A stretch of DNA of 63,702 nucleotides, counting the filler, from Hausera hauseri (Eukaryota), in NCBI GenBank assembly GCA_046269625.1. It is 12 parts of 12 records of this genome, joined end to end, with 100 filler letters (N's around TTAATTAATTAA, not from the genome) between each part and the next. Parts side by side here need not be neighbours in the genome. Positions count along the whole stretch, not along the records: positions 23,008 to 27,258 come from JBJURY010675773.1; positions 27,359 to 32,691 come from JBJURY010277062.1; positions 32,792 to 44,492 come from JBJURY010077771.1; 9 more parts are not named here. One strand, written 5' to 3'. A program made the translations under genes and the position numbers. Below are positions 24,816 through 36,960 of the stretch, piece by piece. How positions within the stretch are numbered: position 1 is the stretch's first letter; every line of letters begins with the position of its first letter. The notes below the pieces were generated by a model. The model searched no databases and was not told where the DNA came from. It saw only the letters and a program-made list of their open reading frames with translations.

Positions 24816-26733
24816 TTATTTTTCCTAAAATCGCTAATCGGTCTGATTAGACTGACATGTATAAGGAAAACATCAGTTGCATAATCTGCTGTGGACTTCA
24901 AAAAGTAATCCAATAGCTCTTCGTCAATTTCATCGAAATATTGAGCTCTTATCCGTGAAATGAAGGACTTGGATTCTTTCATCATCAAAGAAGATTCATC
25001 TGTTTTATCGGAATTATAGAAATTCTCTAAATGAACAGTTGAAATAATTTCTTCAATGGACTTTTTAATATTGTCGATCAATGGTTGCATGACAGTGGTT
25101 TGTACTTTCAAACAATGATCGAGCTTTTCATGAATAATCGATTCGTTTATTTCAGACAATCGCAGTTGGAGAATAACACTCTGATTAATGGTGTTCTTTA
25201 ATTTACTAAGCAAATTTATAATCTTAAAGTTCGCCTTTTGATTGTTTGTCGCAGGTGAAATTACCTGACCTGCATCGGTATCTGAAATAACACGACCTTC
25301 GAATTTCGTACAGATCAAATCAATCATTTTCCCGACATTGCGACAAGCTTGCATCAGTAAATTAGAATCCACAGAAGCCAAAGTAATTTCACTGGAAACA
25401 TTTCTCACAAAATTAACAACATCTTCATCGGATGGCGAATGTTCGTCTTTATCAAATGCAACTTCGACGATTTCAAATAATTTTGACAAAGATTTTTATA
25501 GAAACATCTGTTCATATTCCAAAAGAAACGTTCGAAAGTATTTTTGACTTGTCAAATTTTCGTATTCTATCGACATTTTATTACTGTCTGATGATACTTC
25601 AACAAGAGAAGACAGTTTACTGTTGAGATCGATAAACAATTTCAACAGTTTCGGATACTCATTTTCCAGTGTCTGTCGAAGGAATCCTGTTTGATCTGAC
25701 GACAGGGAAGTTTTAAAAGATTCTTTAAGAATGTCTGACATCCACTTCTGATAATAATACCCGACATAAGATACCGTATCGGTAAATAGTTTATTACAAA
25801 ACTCGTTCATCTCATATTTTTCTGAATCGTTTTGTAAATTCTCAATTTTGGCCAACAGCAAAATAAGGGACATGTTTGCCTCAATATGGTTGACCAACTT
25901 ATCTATCACAGTCCAGAAAGCAGCTCTGAATGCTGCCCCTTGACCAGAAGTCAGAATTGCAGCTTTTCCCGGTCCTTTAACGCCACTCGGACTTGGTGAT
26001 GCCTTCTGTACTGATGCCAACAGAGTTCTTATGTCCAGAACTTGTTTTACATTTGAGGAGAATTCGTTTTGAGAATCAATGACAATTTTATTAACACTAT
26101 AAGAGAGAATCTCCAAATTTGAAAAAACTTGCATTGGGATTCCAAACATTGGTTACTGGTTTCCTTGAACAATTTCACCATATTCCATGCCTCGTCGGTA
26201 AGACTGTTGGCGGTAAGTGTTACGAAATCGAGATGTTGCGCTAAAAATTTTATTCCAGAATAATCTGTTGTACTAAAAACATATCTCAGTTCATTGACAG
26301 TTGTTGACGCTTTGCTTGTATCTCTTTTTTGATCTTGCAATATCGTTACTAAACTACTTATCCGATTTATTTTCCTCAAAGTATCGCAAATGTATTGCAT
26401 ATTAGTCAACTGTCTAATCTTCGTTTCCAAACTGTAATACGGTTCAGCAAGCTTTGAACGAATTTTGTCGGTATTATTACGCAAATTACTCTTTCTGCTG
26501 TTCATCATTTCCAACACTCCTTCCAACTTTTCAATGCCAACTGCATGACTCATCAAATCGTTGTGTTTTGACGCAATATGACATTGTATTTTTTCATGAA
26601 GACTGTTGATCTCTGACTCAATTTGTAACAGAACCTTTGACGTATCTTTCTGCTTTAAAATTAAATTTGCTAAAGCTGATGCATCTATGCTATCATAGAA
26701 AATAGTAATATAATCATAGTTTGATGAATTCAT
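24816..26733 (-). pseudogene. COG5: COG5 (conserved oligomeric Golgi subunit 5), near full length, intronless, one frameshift, one in-frame stop, C-terminus missing
   Basis: [84 protein letters not shown]. Frameshift near 26150; TAA at 25496-25498 followed in frame by KSLSKLF. Confidence 0.9.
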
Positions 26734-27079
26734 AGAAAATTACGATAATCACAAAAAAGGTTAATCCAAATAAATATAATCCCACTTCTGACACCAGTGT
26801 CGTTTTCACGTATTTGAATTAATTCCACAAATGGTACGATAAAATTCCAAAAAAAGAACGAATTTAGAATAAAATTCCAATCACGTATGAATTCCAAAAA
26901 GGGCTAACTGTATAACTTTTTATTAGTTACAATTAACAATTAATGATTATTTTCAAAACATCAATTTCTTTTTAAAACAACATATATACATGATTGTCTA
27001 TATCTATATATATCATTAGCCAGTTTCCGTACAATTTGTGCGTTTTCGAAATTTCTTCCGTACTTGGATTGTCTATTTA

Positions 27080-27191
27080 CTGACAATTGTAATTTCATTC
27101 CAATAATAAAATATTCTTCGGCAACGTTGAAAGTCCATTCCCTGACAATTATAATTTCATTCCAATGATAAAATATTCTTCGGCCACGTTG
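27080..27191. repeat. Direct repeat, 2 copies of ~50 bp (period ~62)
   Basis: ctgacaattgtaatttcattccaataataaaatattcttcggcaacgttg and ctgacaattataatttcattccaatgataaaatattcttcggccacgttg. Confidence 0.85.
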
Positions 27192-28108
27192 TGATCCGTA
27201 CTGACAGATAACAGAAAAGAGCGTTTTTATCCAATTTGAAAATTCTCAATAGTCAAACNNNNNNNNNNNNNNNNNNNNNNNNNNNNNNNNNNNNNNNNNN
27301 NNTTAATTAATTAANNNNNNNNNNNNNNNNNNNNNNNNNNNNNNNNNNNNNNNNNNNNCAGAACCTGTGTCAATTAAAACGTAAACGTCCCAATCTTCGA
27401 TACTGATTTTTGACGAAGGGCCTTACTTCTATTACAGTTACGTAACAATTTGATGCAATCTTCGGGCGCTTAATCGTCGATATTTTATGGCCGTTTATTC
27501 TGATTTCTGAGGATGTTACTATGTTTTCAGTTAATTGTTTCAGTTCTCCGTTGTGGTATAATTCATTGCTTACAATGTTTGAATCTTCTGATTCGTGAGC
27601 ACTGATTGGCAGTTTTTGGTTATTTAAGTGTAGTTTTGTATTTCGAAACGTTTGCATTCTTAGATTTCCTCAGACTGTTGGTGTAGTTTCTATATTTTGG
27701 GGTATTTTTGGGGAGTATATTGCTATGATCATTTACCGACTGTCGGCGGCGAGATGCGGGATTTTCTCTATTACCGTTCATTTTCCGTAGAGCTCTATTG
27801 TTTTGTTCCTTCGGAAGGGTCTTCAAAACTAAATGGTTTCCTATAGATTTCTATCTGGTACGAAGTCATCGATCGTTTTTCGCAATCTTCGTATACAGTC
27901 GCAGTAGGAGGCAATATTGGCAATAGTTCTTTTATAACGGGGTACGCGTTGTGCCGATTTAATCCGGAAACGGCTTCTATTCCCTTAGGCTCGTCATCAT
28001 CTGAACTATTTTTTATATCTTTGAGTTAAGAAGTTTACGTCCATATAGAAATATAGGTTTCCTTCGCCTTACTATTATGATAGCTAATATGTCGCTCTAC
28101 GTTCGTTT

Positions 28109-29890
28109 TCACCTGCTTTCTTCATAAGCTTTTAAAATTTTTCCAAGCGGCGTTATAATTGCAGTCAAAATTTTACATGAAAATCCAGTTAACGTAAATA
28201 TCTCGTAATCATTTATTACTGCTTGAATTAAGGCCTTGATTAATTGTACTAGAAAATAGATCGCTAAAAATACACATGCTGCCTGTCCAAAAATTAAAAA
28301 TCTTCCCAAATTTTGTACAGTATTTCTGTAGTTACTCGTTGATAGTGGTTTAGAACACGTAATGATTCCTATTTTGCTTGGTAGCGTGTATCGTCTACTA
28401 CTGCACCCATGGATCGATTAAGTTCATGCGTGCGCTGACGTGGAAAAGCGACAAATTGTCTGAAGGCTTCAACTTCCTTCGGTCTGTAAATATCTTTCGA
28501 CGAAATATCTTGAAATTTGTCATCCGTTATCCCTTTTACAAGATTAGTTCCTGTTAATTTGTTAGGGGTGACTGTTATGCCTGCATTTGGTAAACTTACC
28601 CAATCCGTTTCACTACGTCTGAACATTGGTTCTACTAAACCTGCTTTACATTCTTTTAAAATTGTTGGCTGAGTTGCGTTGGCTAACAAAACTCTCGTAA
28701 ATGGCATGGCTAATCGAGGCATTGTTCGAGGTACAAAACTGACATTTCCTGTATAGGACGGCATCTGTGATTCGGCCGAAAATTCCTTCTTATTGGAATT
28801 ATCGATTATACTAACTCAGGATTGGCATAAATAAAAGTCAATTTTGTTCGCATAATTTCCATGTCTAATTTACAATTGTTCGTTATCATCTTGTGGTATA
28901 GTTTGCTTATTTCAACTTGTCCTTTGTAGTAGAAATAATCGTCTCTATTTTTCAAGTAATCTTCAATTCGAATGTCCTGTGCCTCTTTAATTTGTAAGTT
29001 CTTCATTTATTTCCATTTCTGCGACGAAAAATGCCTCATAGTTCGTGGCAAACATCACTACTTCGCAATGTGAGAGTATTTCTTTATGAATTTTTATCCA
29101 TGAAGATCGGAGATTAGTATGGTCGGTATAGAGTGTTCTACCACGTCTTCGCGTGTCCTTGTATTACTATCCAGCTTATTCACAGTGTTTACCAGTAGTC
29201 TCGTTGAATTTTAGTTCCTTGATTTTAATTAAATTACAGTCTCTTCTAGAGGGAGGTTCCCATATTATAACTGAGCTTCTAAAAGCACAAGTTCCACCCT
29301 ATAGATGATATTTTTGGTTTTTGGTATACAATTTGGTAACGCTATGAAACATCACTTTATGTGCTTGCATTTCAGTTTCGTAGAAATCTACAACTATTAC
29401 GTTTGATTCTATTCCTTTGCCAATGTCATACACTGCGTCATTACAGTTTACATTATGCATATCTAGTTTCCCGACTGCCACTTTATATGCTCTGATTATT
29501 TTACCTTGTTGCATTTTAAGTTCCATACCATCTCACTGTAGTCTACCTGTTTCTCTAGCTTGTTTACAATGCTGGTGTTCTAGATTCATGAGAATTGGTG
29601 GAATTGATGGTTTTGTTATTGATGAATGTCTGTGAATTAGTCCACAGTGGAAAATACTGCGGGATCGTTGCAACATACATTCTATTCCATCTAGTGATAT
29701 TAATTATCGTTGTTGGTATAGGAAGTAATTTTTCTCTTTTGTCTCTAATCTGTGCGGTCTAGCGTCTTCACACATCTCTAGGTCAGTTAAGGAATATTTC
29801 TGACCGACTTTAAATTCATCACAATCATAGACAGTAACAGCACTTATTTGTTTTATTAGCTTCATCAAGGTGAGTATATTAATTAGCCAT
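28109..29890 (-). pseudogene. Chuvirus-like envelope glycoprotein (family A, copy 1)
   Basis: Internal signal WLINILTLMKLIKQISA|VTVYDC..YSLTDLEMC, IFHCGLIHRHSS, NNCKLD, IYRPKEVEAFRQFVAFP, TM GRFLIFGQAACVFLAIYFLVQLIK; stops, frameshifts and an internal deletion near 28780. Confidence 0.85.
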
Positions 29891-30589
29891 TTAAATTCGT
29901 TTCTCCGGTTATTATGAACTGTTGTCGTCAGATTTTGTACCATATCTTTGAGTCTGTTATTATTACCGGAGGATGGTTTATCTTCCTCCTTTTCGAACAA
30001 TTTTGACCAATTTACTTTTCGCAGCAATTTCCTAGCAGCTTTCCATACTAAACTTATGGCCTTGCTAAACTCATTTTCTCGACTTGGGTTCGTCTTCTTA
30101 GCTAAGTTCAGCAATACTTTCCTTAATTTTTCTATTGTATTCTCTCGTCGGTTAAGGTGCTTTTTGATAATTTAAAACGAGAATTTCTCATCGTTCTAGC
30201 TGCATTATATGTCGCTTTCTCTTTATAGTCTAACACGTCACCACGGAGGCTGGCGTAGTTCACGATGCATATTAAATTTTTTATCAATTCGACTAATTCT
30301 TCATTATCCGCATTGCAAGTCGGTATCGAGGTTTGTCTTAATTATCTAATCAAGTCTCCATTGTAATCAGTTTCTTCGCGTATTTTCCTAGGTCAACCAA
30401 TTGGGCGCTTCTGTGTTACAGTAGTTGGTACGATTTAACTCTGTGTCATTAATTTTTATCACATTGTTCCTTGTCCTCATCTGTTCGCAAGTACCTAAAG
30501 TACATTGCAACATCTCGTACTCCCATGATCTGTCCTACACATTGTTCAGTTTTGGCCTTGCGTGTGGCTTCTTTAGTTTGTTCGTTAGC

Positions 30590-30820
30590 GTTTACAGCCA
30601 CTATTCGGTTTGTTTCGTCGGGTATCATCCCAATGTCTATTAATTGCTCTAGTTCATCTAAGATTCTGCCTCTAAAATAGAATCTATAGTTTAGTTCATT
30701 TCTACCACTATTGTTTAGGAACCATTCCTTTACGTCTCTCACAAGTGAACACGTTGTAAATTCGCATTCTTTTTCGTCCATCCACTCAGACGACATCTCC
30801 ACTCTTAATGTCACCTGAGG
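30590..30820 (-). other. Ubiquitin-like domain in the retroelement polyprotein (copy 1)
   Basis: LRVEM...EFTTCSLVRDVKEWF..NSG...YRFYFRGRILDELEQLIDIGM...RIVAV aligns by eye with ubiquitin TIENVKAKIQDKEG...[21 protein letters not shown]. Confidence 0.65.
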
Positions 30821-32791
30821 TTTAGCCCTTAAGAATTTAGCGTATTTTTTATTAAAAGCTTTGGCACAGCGCTATAAATTAATTTTTTACTCGATAATTT
30901 AGTTAGAGAAGGAATAAGTTGTCTTAGCCTATTTTTAGTATTACTTACGTTAATTAGTTCGATGAAATCCTTGTCAGTTAGTGCTGAATCCAGAAGCATA
31001 TCCATATTGAATCTCTGACTCTGGGTACATTTCTGTTTCACATAGGCGTACCGGAGTTTTCGGGTTTTCGACAACTATCGCATCAAAATACGCATCCCAT
31101 TCTACATCATTCTGGTTTTGGGAAGTCTATTGTCGATGGGAATGTCTGGTGGTTGGATTCTATTGGCGTTTTGTACCATTTCTCTTATTTCACGTAATTT
31201 CTGTTGCATCTCGGCCATTCGTGATGTTCGGAAGCAGAGTCCGTTACCGGAAGTCTGATATAACAAGGTTAACAAGTAGCCACAATCATCTGCTTGAATA
31301 AATCTTTGTTGATAATTAGTTAGCTCGAACGTTATTTCTCGTTGACATCTCTGTATGAATTCTGATTTATTTCTGATTCTGTCAGAGCATATTTGTTTCT
31401 GTACGGATCCAATTCTCTTGTTAGTTCCTCTATTTCGGAGTTTCTTTGGTTGGAGCGAATTTGGGTTTACTGAGCGTGACGTATCTGATTCTGAAATTGT
31501 CCCAATTTTTCGTCGTCAATTTCGGCTNNNNNNNNNNTCTACTAATTGCAACGTTAACTTACGCATCTTGAAAATTCTGGAGTCTGGGTCAGTTTCGTCA
31601 ATAGTCTCTTCACGAACCCGATTTCCTCAGAAGTAAGTTTGTGATCTTCGGTTATTTCCATGAGTTCGGTATGCCATTTTTATCTGACCCTTTTATCCGT
31701 TTATTGGGATACCGTATTAATTTCAAAACTCATATTGTCAGTTCTTAATCTGGACAAATATCTAATAGTTTTATTTCCTAGATTGAAATTTCGTTCACAG
31801 GTTCAGGCCATTTTTTCGATTAGTTGGCTATGATAGGCTTCGTCAGTATCGTTTTCCCTAATGTTTTATAAGCATCCTTTAATCGTCATCTGGGTCTTTT
31901 ATAAAACTCAATCGTGCTTACGTAGCCAACTTCATCCTTGTACTCGTCGAATTCTAAAATACAAGTTTTTATTATGTCTTGAGTTTTTTCATTGTAAACA
32001 TTATTCGGTTTCTGAAATACAGATTTATGATCGTTTATCGTTTTCAGTCTGGATACGTGTCTCCAGGTTTTCGTATCGTTCGGTTGCGGTAGAAGCAACT
32101 TTAATCATTTCCATTATGGGAGGAATGTCTATCGGGTTTATACCATCTTGTTCATAAATCGGCTTTCCTCTGAGTCGATTAAGCATTGCAGACCTAATTC
32201 TGCGCATTACGTGCTCTAAATTACGTTTTACTCTTTTCAGCTTCGGATTTGCTTCTAGTATGGTCAACAATTTCTCAGCTTTCTCCACTTTTACAACGAC
32301 ATTATCTTTGTTTTTACTCCATGTTTCTGAAAATTCAACTCACTCGTGACTGTATCGAGTGATTGTCAAATGGCCTGCCATTTCCACTCACGCTCCGCTG
32401 AACACCCATACAGAAATACGCGTCACTTGTTACCTGACACGCTGCTGAAATTATACCGCATTTTCTCCTAGTCCAGGCCTTACAATTCCCTGACAGGGCA
32501 TGGTCCACACAATGGAAGCATCTCCCTAGAGGAGTGCAGGAAAGGCTTTCACTTTAAACTCTTTAACAGAATGCAAACTGTGAACTCTGTCCGTTCGGTG
32601 ATTTCGTTTGTCTAAAAATGAGATTACACGTTTTCTGCTCTAAATCTGACCCGAGGAATAATTTTGCTTGTGATTTTCTTTTCTTTTTTTTNNNNNNNNN
32701 NNNNNNNNNNNNNNNNNNNNNNNNNNNNNNNNNNNTTAATTAATTAANNNNNNNNNNNNNNNNNNNNNNNNNNNNNNNNNNNNNNNNNNNN

Positions 32792-33214
32792 CAGTCATCA
32801 AAACAAGCAAGTGGTGATTACGGTTCCTTTTGTCATACGTTTAACAATTTCAATGTGAAATCAATAACGCTTACGAGAAATGTTGATTTTCGGGAAATGT
32901 ATGCAACGGATTTTACTGATGATAAACAGGATTATACTGAGGCCTATGTGCAATCAATCATTCGTAATGTGGGTATTATAGACAGTGATCGGAATAATGG
33001 TATTACGATGAAGGATTTTAAAGTCATCTATATATTTTTCACTTTTCTATTGGCACCGGACTTTCAAGTTGTTCAAGCACAACTTCCGAATACCGGTAAT
33101 CTGAAATTAGATGTCCGATTTCAGGAAGCTGTAACGGAATCAATTAAAATGTATGCTTATGGAGTATTTGATTTGGAAATTCAAATAACAAAGGATGGTG
33201 TTGTCGTCGTATAG
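32792..33214 (+). CDS. Polinton major capsid protein, C-terminal part
   Basis: FNNFNVKSITL...YTEAYVQSI..NNGITMKDF..FFTFLLAPD...GNLKLDVRFQEA...YAYGVFDLEIQI. Confidence 0.88.
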   Translation, partial: QSSKQASGDYGSFCHTFNNFNVKSITLTRNVDFREMYATDFTDDKQDYTEAYVQSIIRNVGIIDSDRNNGITMKDFKVIYIFFTFLLAPDFQVVQAQLPNTGNLKLDVRFQEAVTESIKMYAYGVFDLEIQITKDGVVVV

Positions 33215-33329
33215 AAAATAAAAAAACAAACGTGCATACCGACTCTACAATAGTGTATTATGAAGTATGTTGTATTATGTTATATAACAACGTATAGTTT
33301 AATTAGAACGTTTCAGATGGATATTATTA

Positions 33330-33645
33330 TAACTGAAAAACAAGGCAGTAAAATATTCAGTTTCATTTTTGCTGGAAAGGTTGCCAGATTATCTACAACC
33401 CGGAGCATATGTTATCAATATCCATTCTAACAATTTACCAGGAGAACACTGAATTGCCATCAGTGTTCGTCATGATATTACTCGTGTATTTGATCCTCTT
33501 GGTATGTATTATCCAATAAAACTTGATACAACATTGGAGAGAATGCAACAAGCGGTGGAGTACAATTCCGTCCAGTATCAGAACCCGTTAACAACTTTAT
33601 ATGGAAATTACTGTATAAATTGACTTCTTACCAGTATCATTGACT
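33330..33645 (+). pseudogene. Adenain-like (adenovirus-type) cysteine maturation protease
   Basis: YVINIHSNNLPGEH*IAI..VFDPLG...YNSVQYQNPLTTLYGNYCI: catalytic H, D and Q present; catalytic C mutated to Y; internal stops. Confidence 0.85.
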
Positions 33646-33693
33646 TTTCGTATTGGTACAAATATTTATATTTTGTAATTGAAAAAAATCATT

Positions 33694-34174
33694 ATGTCAG
33701 TGTCTTTTATCGATTATAAGCGTTTATAGATGAGTATAGTAATTATATAATAAAGAAATTATACATAATAGATACCTGTAATATTTTACAACCAATATAT
33801 TACGTGTTCAAACCTAATTTCCAGTGGTATATGTTATCAACGAAAAACGTATTACAAATATGTTTCTGACCCGTCATCGACATGGTCTTTTACGGAACGA
33901 GGGATGTGGTATACTTGATGTCGAAAATATTATGGGCAAATTAACATCTCCATCACTTTATTATGTCAAATATCATATTAACTGTCAAAAGATAAAAACA
34001 TTAAAGTACTACTTTCCTGGATTACGAATAGTCAATTACAGTGTCAATGCCAATGATCTTATGAATGTTCCTAACAATATCACCTGTCTATGGCACGATC
34101 ATGTTGAACATTGTTCCTACAAAAATGTATACAATCACGTGTTCATAAGTTGCCACAGAAATAAAATTTCTTAA
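33694..34174 (+). pseudogene. Conserved Polinton ORF (DEDD exonuclease-like remnant)
   Basis: YIIKKL...RITNMFLTRHRHGLLRNEG...C-terminal CLWHD..HCSYKNV pattern; frameshifted. Confidence 0.55.
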
Positions 34175-34261
34175 CATATATTTCTTCAATTACTACTTTC
34201 TTTTACACAAAAGTACGTAACGTACTTTTAAAAATTAATACAACTTAACACTAAAATTTTT

Positions 34262-36960
34262 TTGTAATACATATGAATTTGTACATATTCCATCGTCTAT
34301 AATTATTCGTTTATTATCATATTTACTGAGGCTGACCTTTTATATCTGGACTGTTGCTACTGTATGAGCCTGAGATCGGACAGCTTACATTGTGTGCAAC
34401 ATGCATTGTTCTTCATGTAACGGCTTCATAAAATCACCAAATTGTATGTTTTTTAATACAGCACGCTGTACACCCTTTGCACGTTTTTAATAATACCACC
34501 ATCAATCTCCAGCGCATACATTTTCGGTCGAAGGCCAACAAACCGTGTGGTAATAGCACCGTTTACTTCATCTTTAAATATTCCAAGGACTTTTTGTTTT
34601 GTGTTGAATAATTTGGATGGTCCATCGGATAATCATTCGTGTTCATAAATGAAGCCATTTCTCGAAACTCCTCACATATGTCCGATGACTGGATTTTATA
34701 CATGAAGGAGTCTGTGTCCATGTACATCAACTGAAGTCGATTCAGTCCGAACTTCGGTAGCATTACGTTGTAGTGAAATTCATACATGAGTAATTTACTA
34801 ATGTCCAAAATGCACATCCTGATATATATTGGTTCATTAAATACCTGTTGGGTTTCTTCCAAATGGATACTGATGATATTTTCAGAATAAATTTAAGAAT
34901 TCAGGAGATTAGTCTTGGCAATTAGGTTTTTTGTCCTTTTCCAATCATGCACCAGTTATATGTGCTGCCTATTTCCGATATTCTCCATGGTTTTTCCAAA
35001 TACAGAATAATTGTACAACTTAAATTGATCCTTTTCGAAATTTTTTTTGTCTCGTGTTCGTTAATCTTTATTGAACTGAATGTATGGCCGTAATTACGTG
35101 GACTGACTCAATTTTATTTTTCGATTAATATTCGTAATTTTTAATCAATATTTGATTGCCTGTTGGAAAAATTGATGCAATACTACATATTTCTGTCGAC
35201 CAACGAGATGGGAAATTAATTTTTTAATTTTGTTGCTTGTGCTTTCCCGTGGTTTCAATGTTACCGGTAGAAATGGTAACTCATCATGTTGTTCATGTAA
35301 AGTTTCAGGGTAATCAATATCCACTTTAAATACGTCACCAGTTGATGCAGTTTGACTTATATTGAGTATGTCTTCATCCATGTTTCCGGTCCATGTCATC
35401 AATTTAAAATCTCCGTACGGAAAATAATGCAACATTGCCCAACCGTACAAATTATTTGCACCTAAATATGTAATATACACATCCGGCTGGTTTTCTTCGT
35501 GTTTATCATACATATACTTGTTATTCGCAGCTGAATATCGATGTACGACTTGACATAGACATCCTCTTATTCAGTTTTCATCCATTAACAGCATATCGTA
35601 ATCCTTTAGTATTTGCAGCTTAATCTTGATCATCTTTAGCATTGCGCTACGTGCCATTCCTGGTGCTGTGAAATGATAGGCTGGATCGACTTTGTGTGGA
35701 ACCATTGTTACTGCACGAAAACTTTCAAACACATCGGTCAATATTAAAACATCGGTCTTCAAATATATGTCACTGTATTAACCGAGGTTTTCACAATTAA
35801 ATGCTTCCAATACTTTTTGTGCATGGCAGTAATCTTCATCTGACATATTTGATTGACAGAAGGAACTGAAAAATGCCTCTTTCTGCGGCAGTACTCGTTC
35901 TTCCAATTTTCTCCAGTCGGTTATGTATTCGTATGGGAATATACCTTTCCGTTTAACCAAACTGTACAATCGATCATCATCAAAGTGCCACATGGTTTCC
36001 GTAAATGCATCTGGCGGTAGATTTCGTGCCAGTTAATCGAGACTACTGCATATGAACTTAAAATTATCGGCGAACCGCAATTCAATATAACCCGCATGTT
36101 TCACAATCGTTATGTACCTTTCTTGATTATGGGGGATTACAATTATACGACCTTGTAATTCACCGAGTTCTCGAATAAAAAAGTGCGAATCGTATCCATA
36201 TAAATTGTGAAATATCACTGGGATAAATCGTACCCGTTTACATACCAAATTGCAATTGTATTTGAACTCGGTATTTTCCGGTAAAGTGGTCATGACTATG
36301 TGCCTTGTAATTTTTTTCCGTAAATGTATTTTCACACACGTAACACACTGTTGCTTGGTTGTGATGTTCTCTTTCTTTCTTCCGTAATACTTCCACAGGT
36401 TTATTAGCCATTATTTCTACATTCACGGCAATTTCCTCCAACTTCTTTATGAATACTGCTGCTGCATTCGGTCCTCGGTGCAGAAACGGTTCTTCGCTGT
36501 AACCTTTTGCAAACATACAAAACCATGTTGGTTCATGTATGTGTTATCATTGTAGAAGACTGACCGTTTTGTGGATTACATGTATGCACTGGTTGTAACT
36601 TGGCTTAAAAATCACAGTAAATTACAATGAGAACACGTATTGTTTTTTCGTATTCTTTAAATTCTGTTTTTTTGAATAGTACAGCTTATGCTGTTCCAAT
36701 TTCGTTTTACCGTAGTAGTGCATTAAACATCGTTTGCATATAAGATAAGCGGCTTTTATTTCTGTATATATGTGCCTACCAATCTGCTGCAATGAGAAAT
36801 GTATACAAAATGACTTTTATCTTCATCACTTATCAACAACAAATCTCGGTGATCATCATTTTCTTCTTCACAGATTTTCAAAGGATATATTTTCCTTGTT
36901 TCCTCTTCTATACCGAATACATTGATTGACATATTATTATTGACCTTTTCAAAAATTTTG
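34262..36960 (-). pseudogene. Protein-primed family-B DNA polymerase (pPolB) with endonuclease-VII-like insert, decayed
   Basis: FEKVNNNMSINVFG, CYVC..HDHFTGKYR, IPVIFHNLYGYDSHF, RKGIFPYEY, KTDVLILTDVFESFR, ANNLYGWAM..PYGDF, SVFGKTMEN, ILDISKLLMYEFHY, YMDTDS, FVGLRPKMYA. Confidence 0.95.

Larger units (their letters stand above)
27359..32330 (-). mobile_element. Family-A env-bearing Gypsy-like element, copy 1: unknown N-terminal region, ubiquitin-like domain, env, tail, start of aspartic protease (decayed)
   Basis: Collinear with 44593-48200 on the opposite strand; ends at the contig edge in EDWDVYVLIDTGS (protease active site). Confidence 0.88.

Noticed and set aside
31000-32691. gag gene, LTR and PBS of family A (and likewise 41700-44492 for family B)
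   Set aside because: No capsid or zinc-knuckle motif, PBS or LTR pair was recognisable; the contigs are truncated and decayed, so neither presence nor absence of gag can be claimed.
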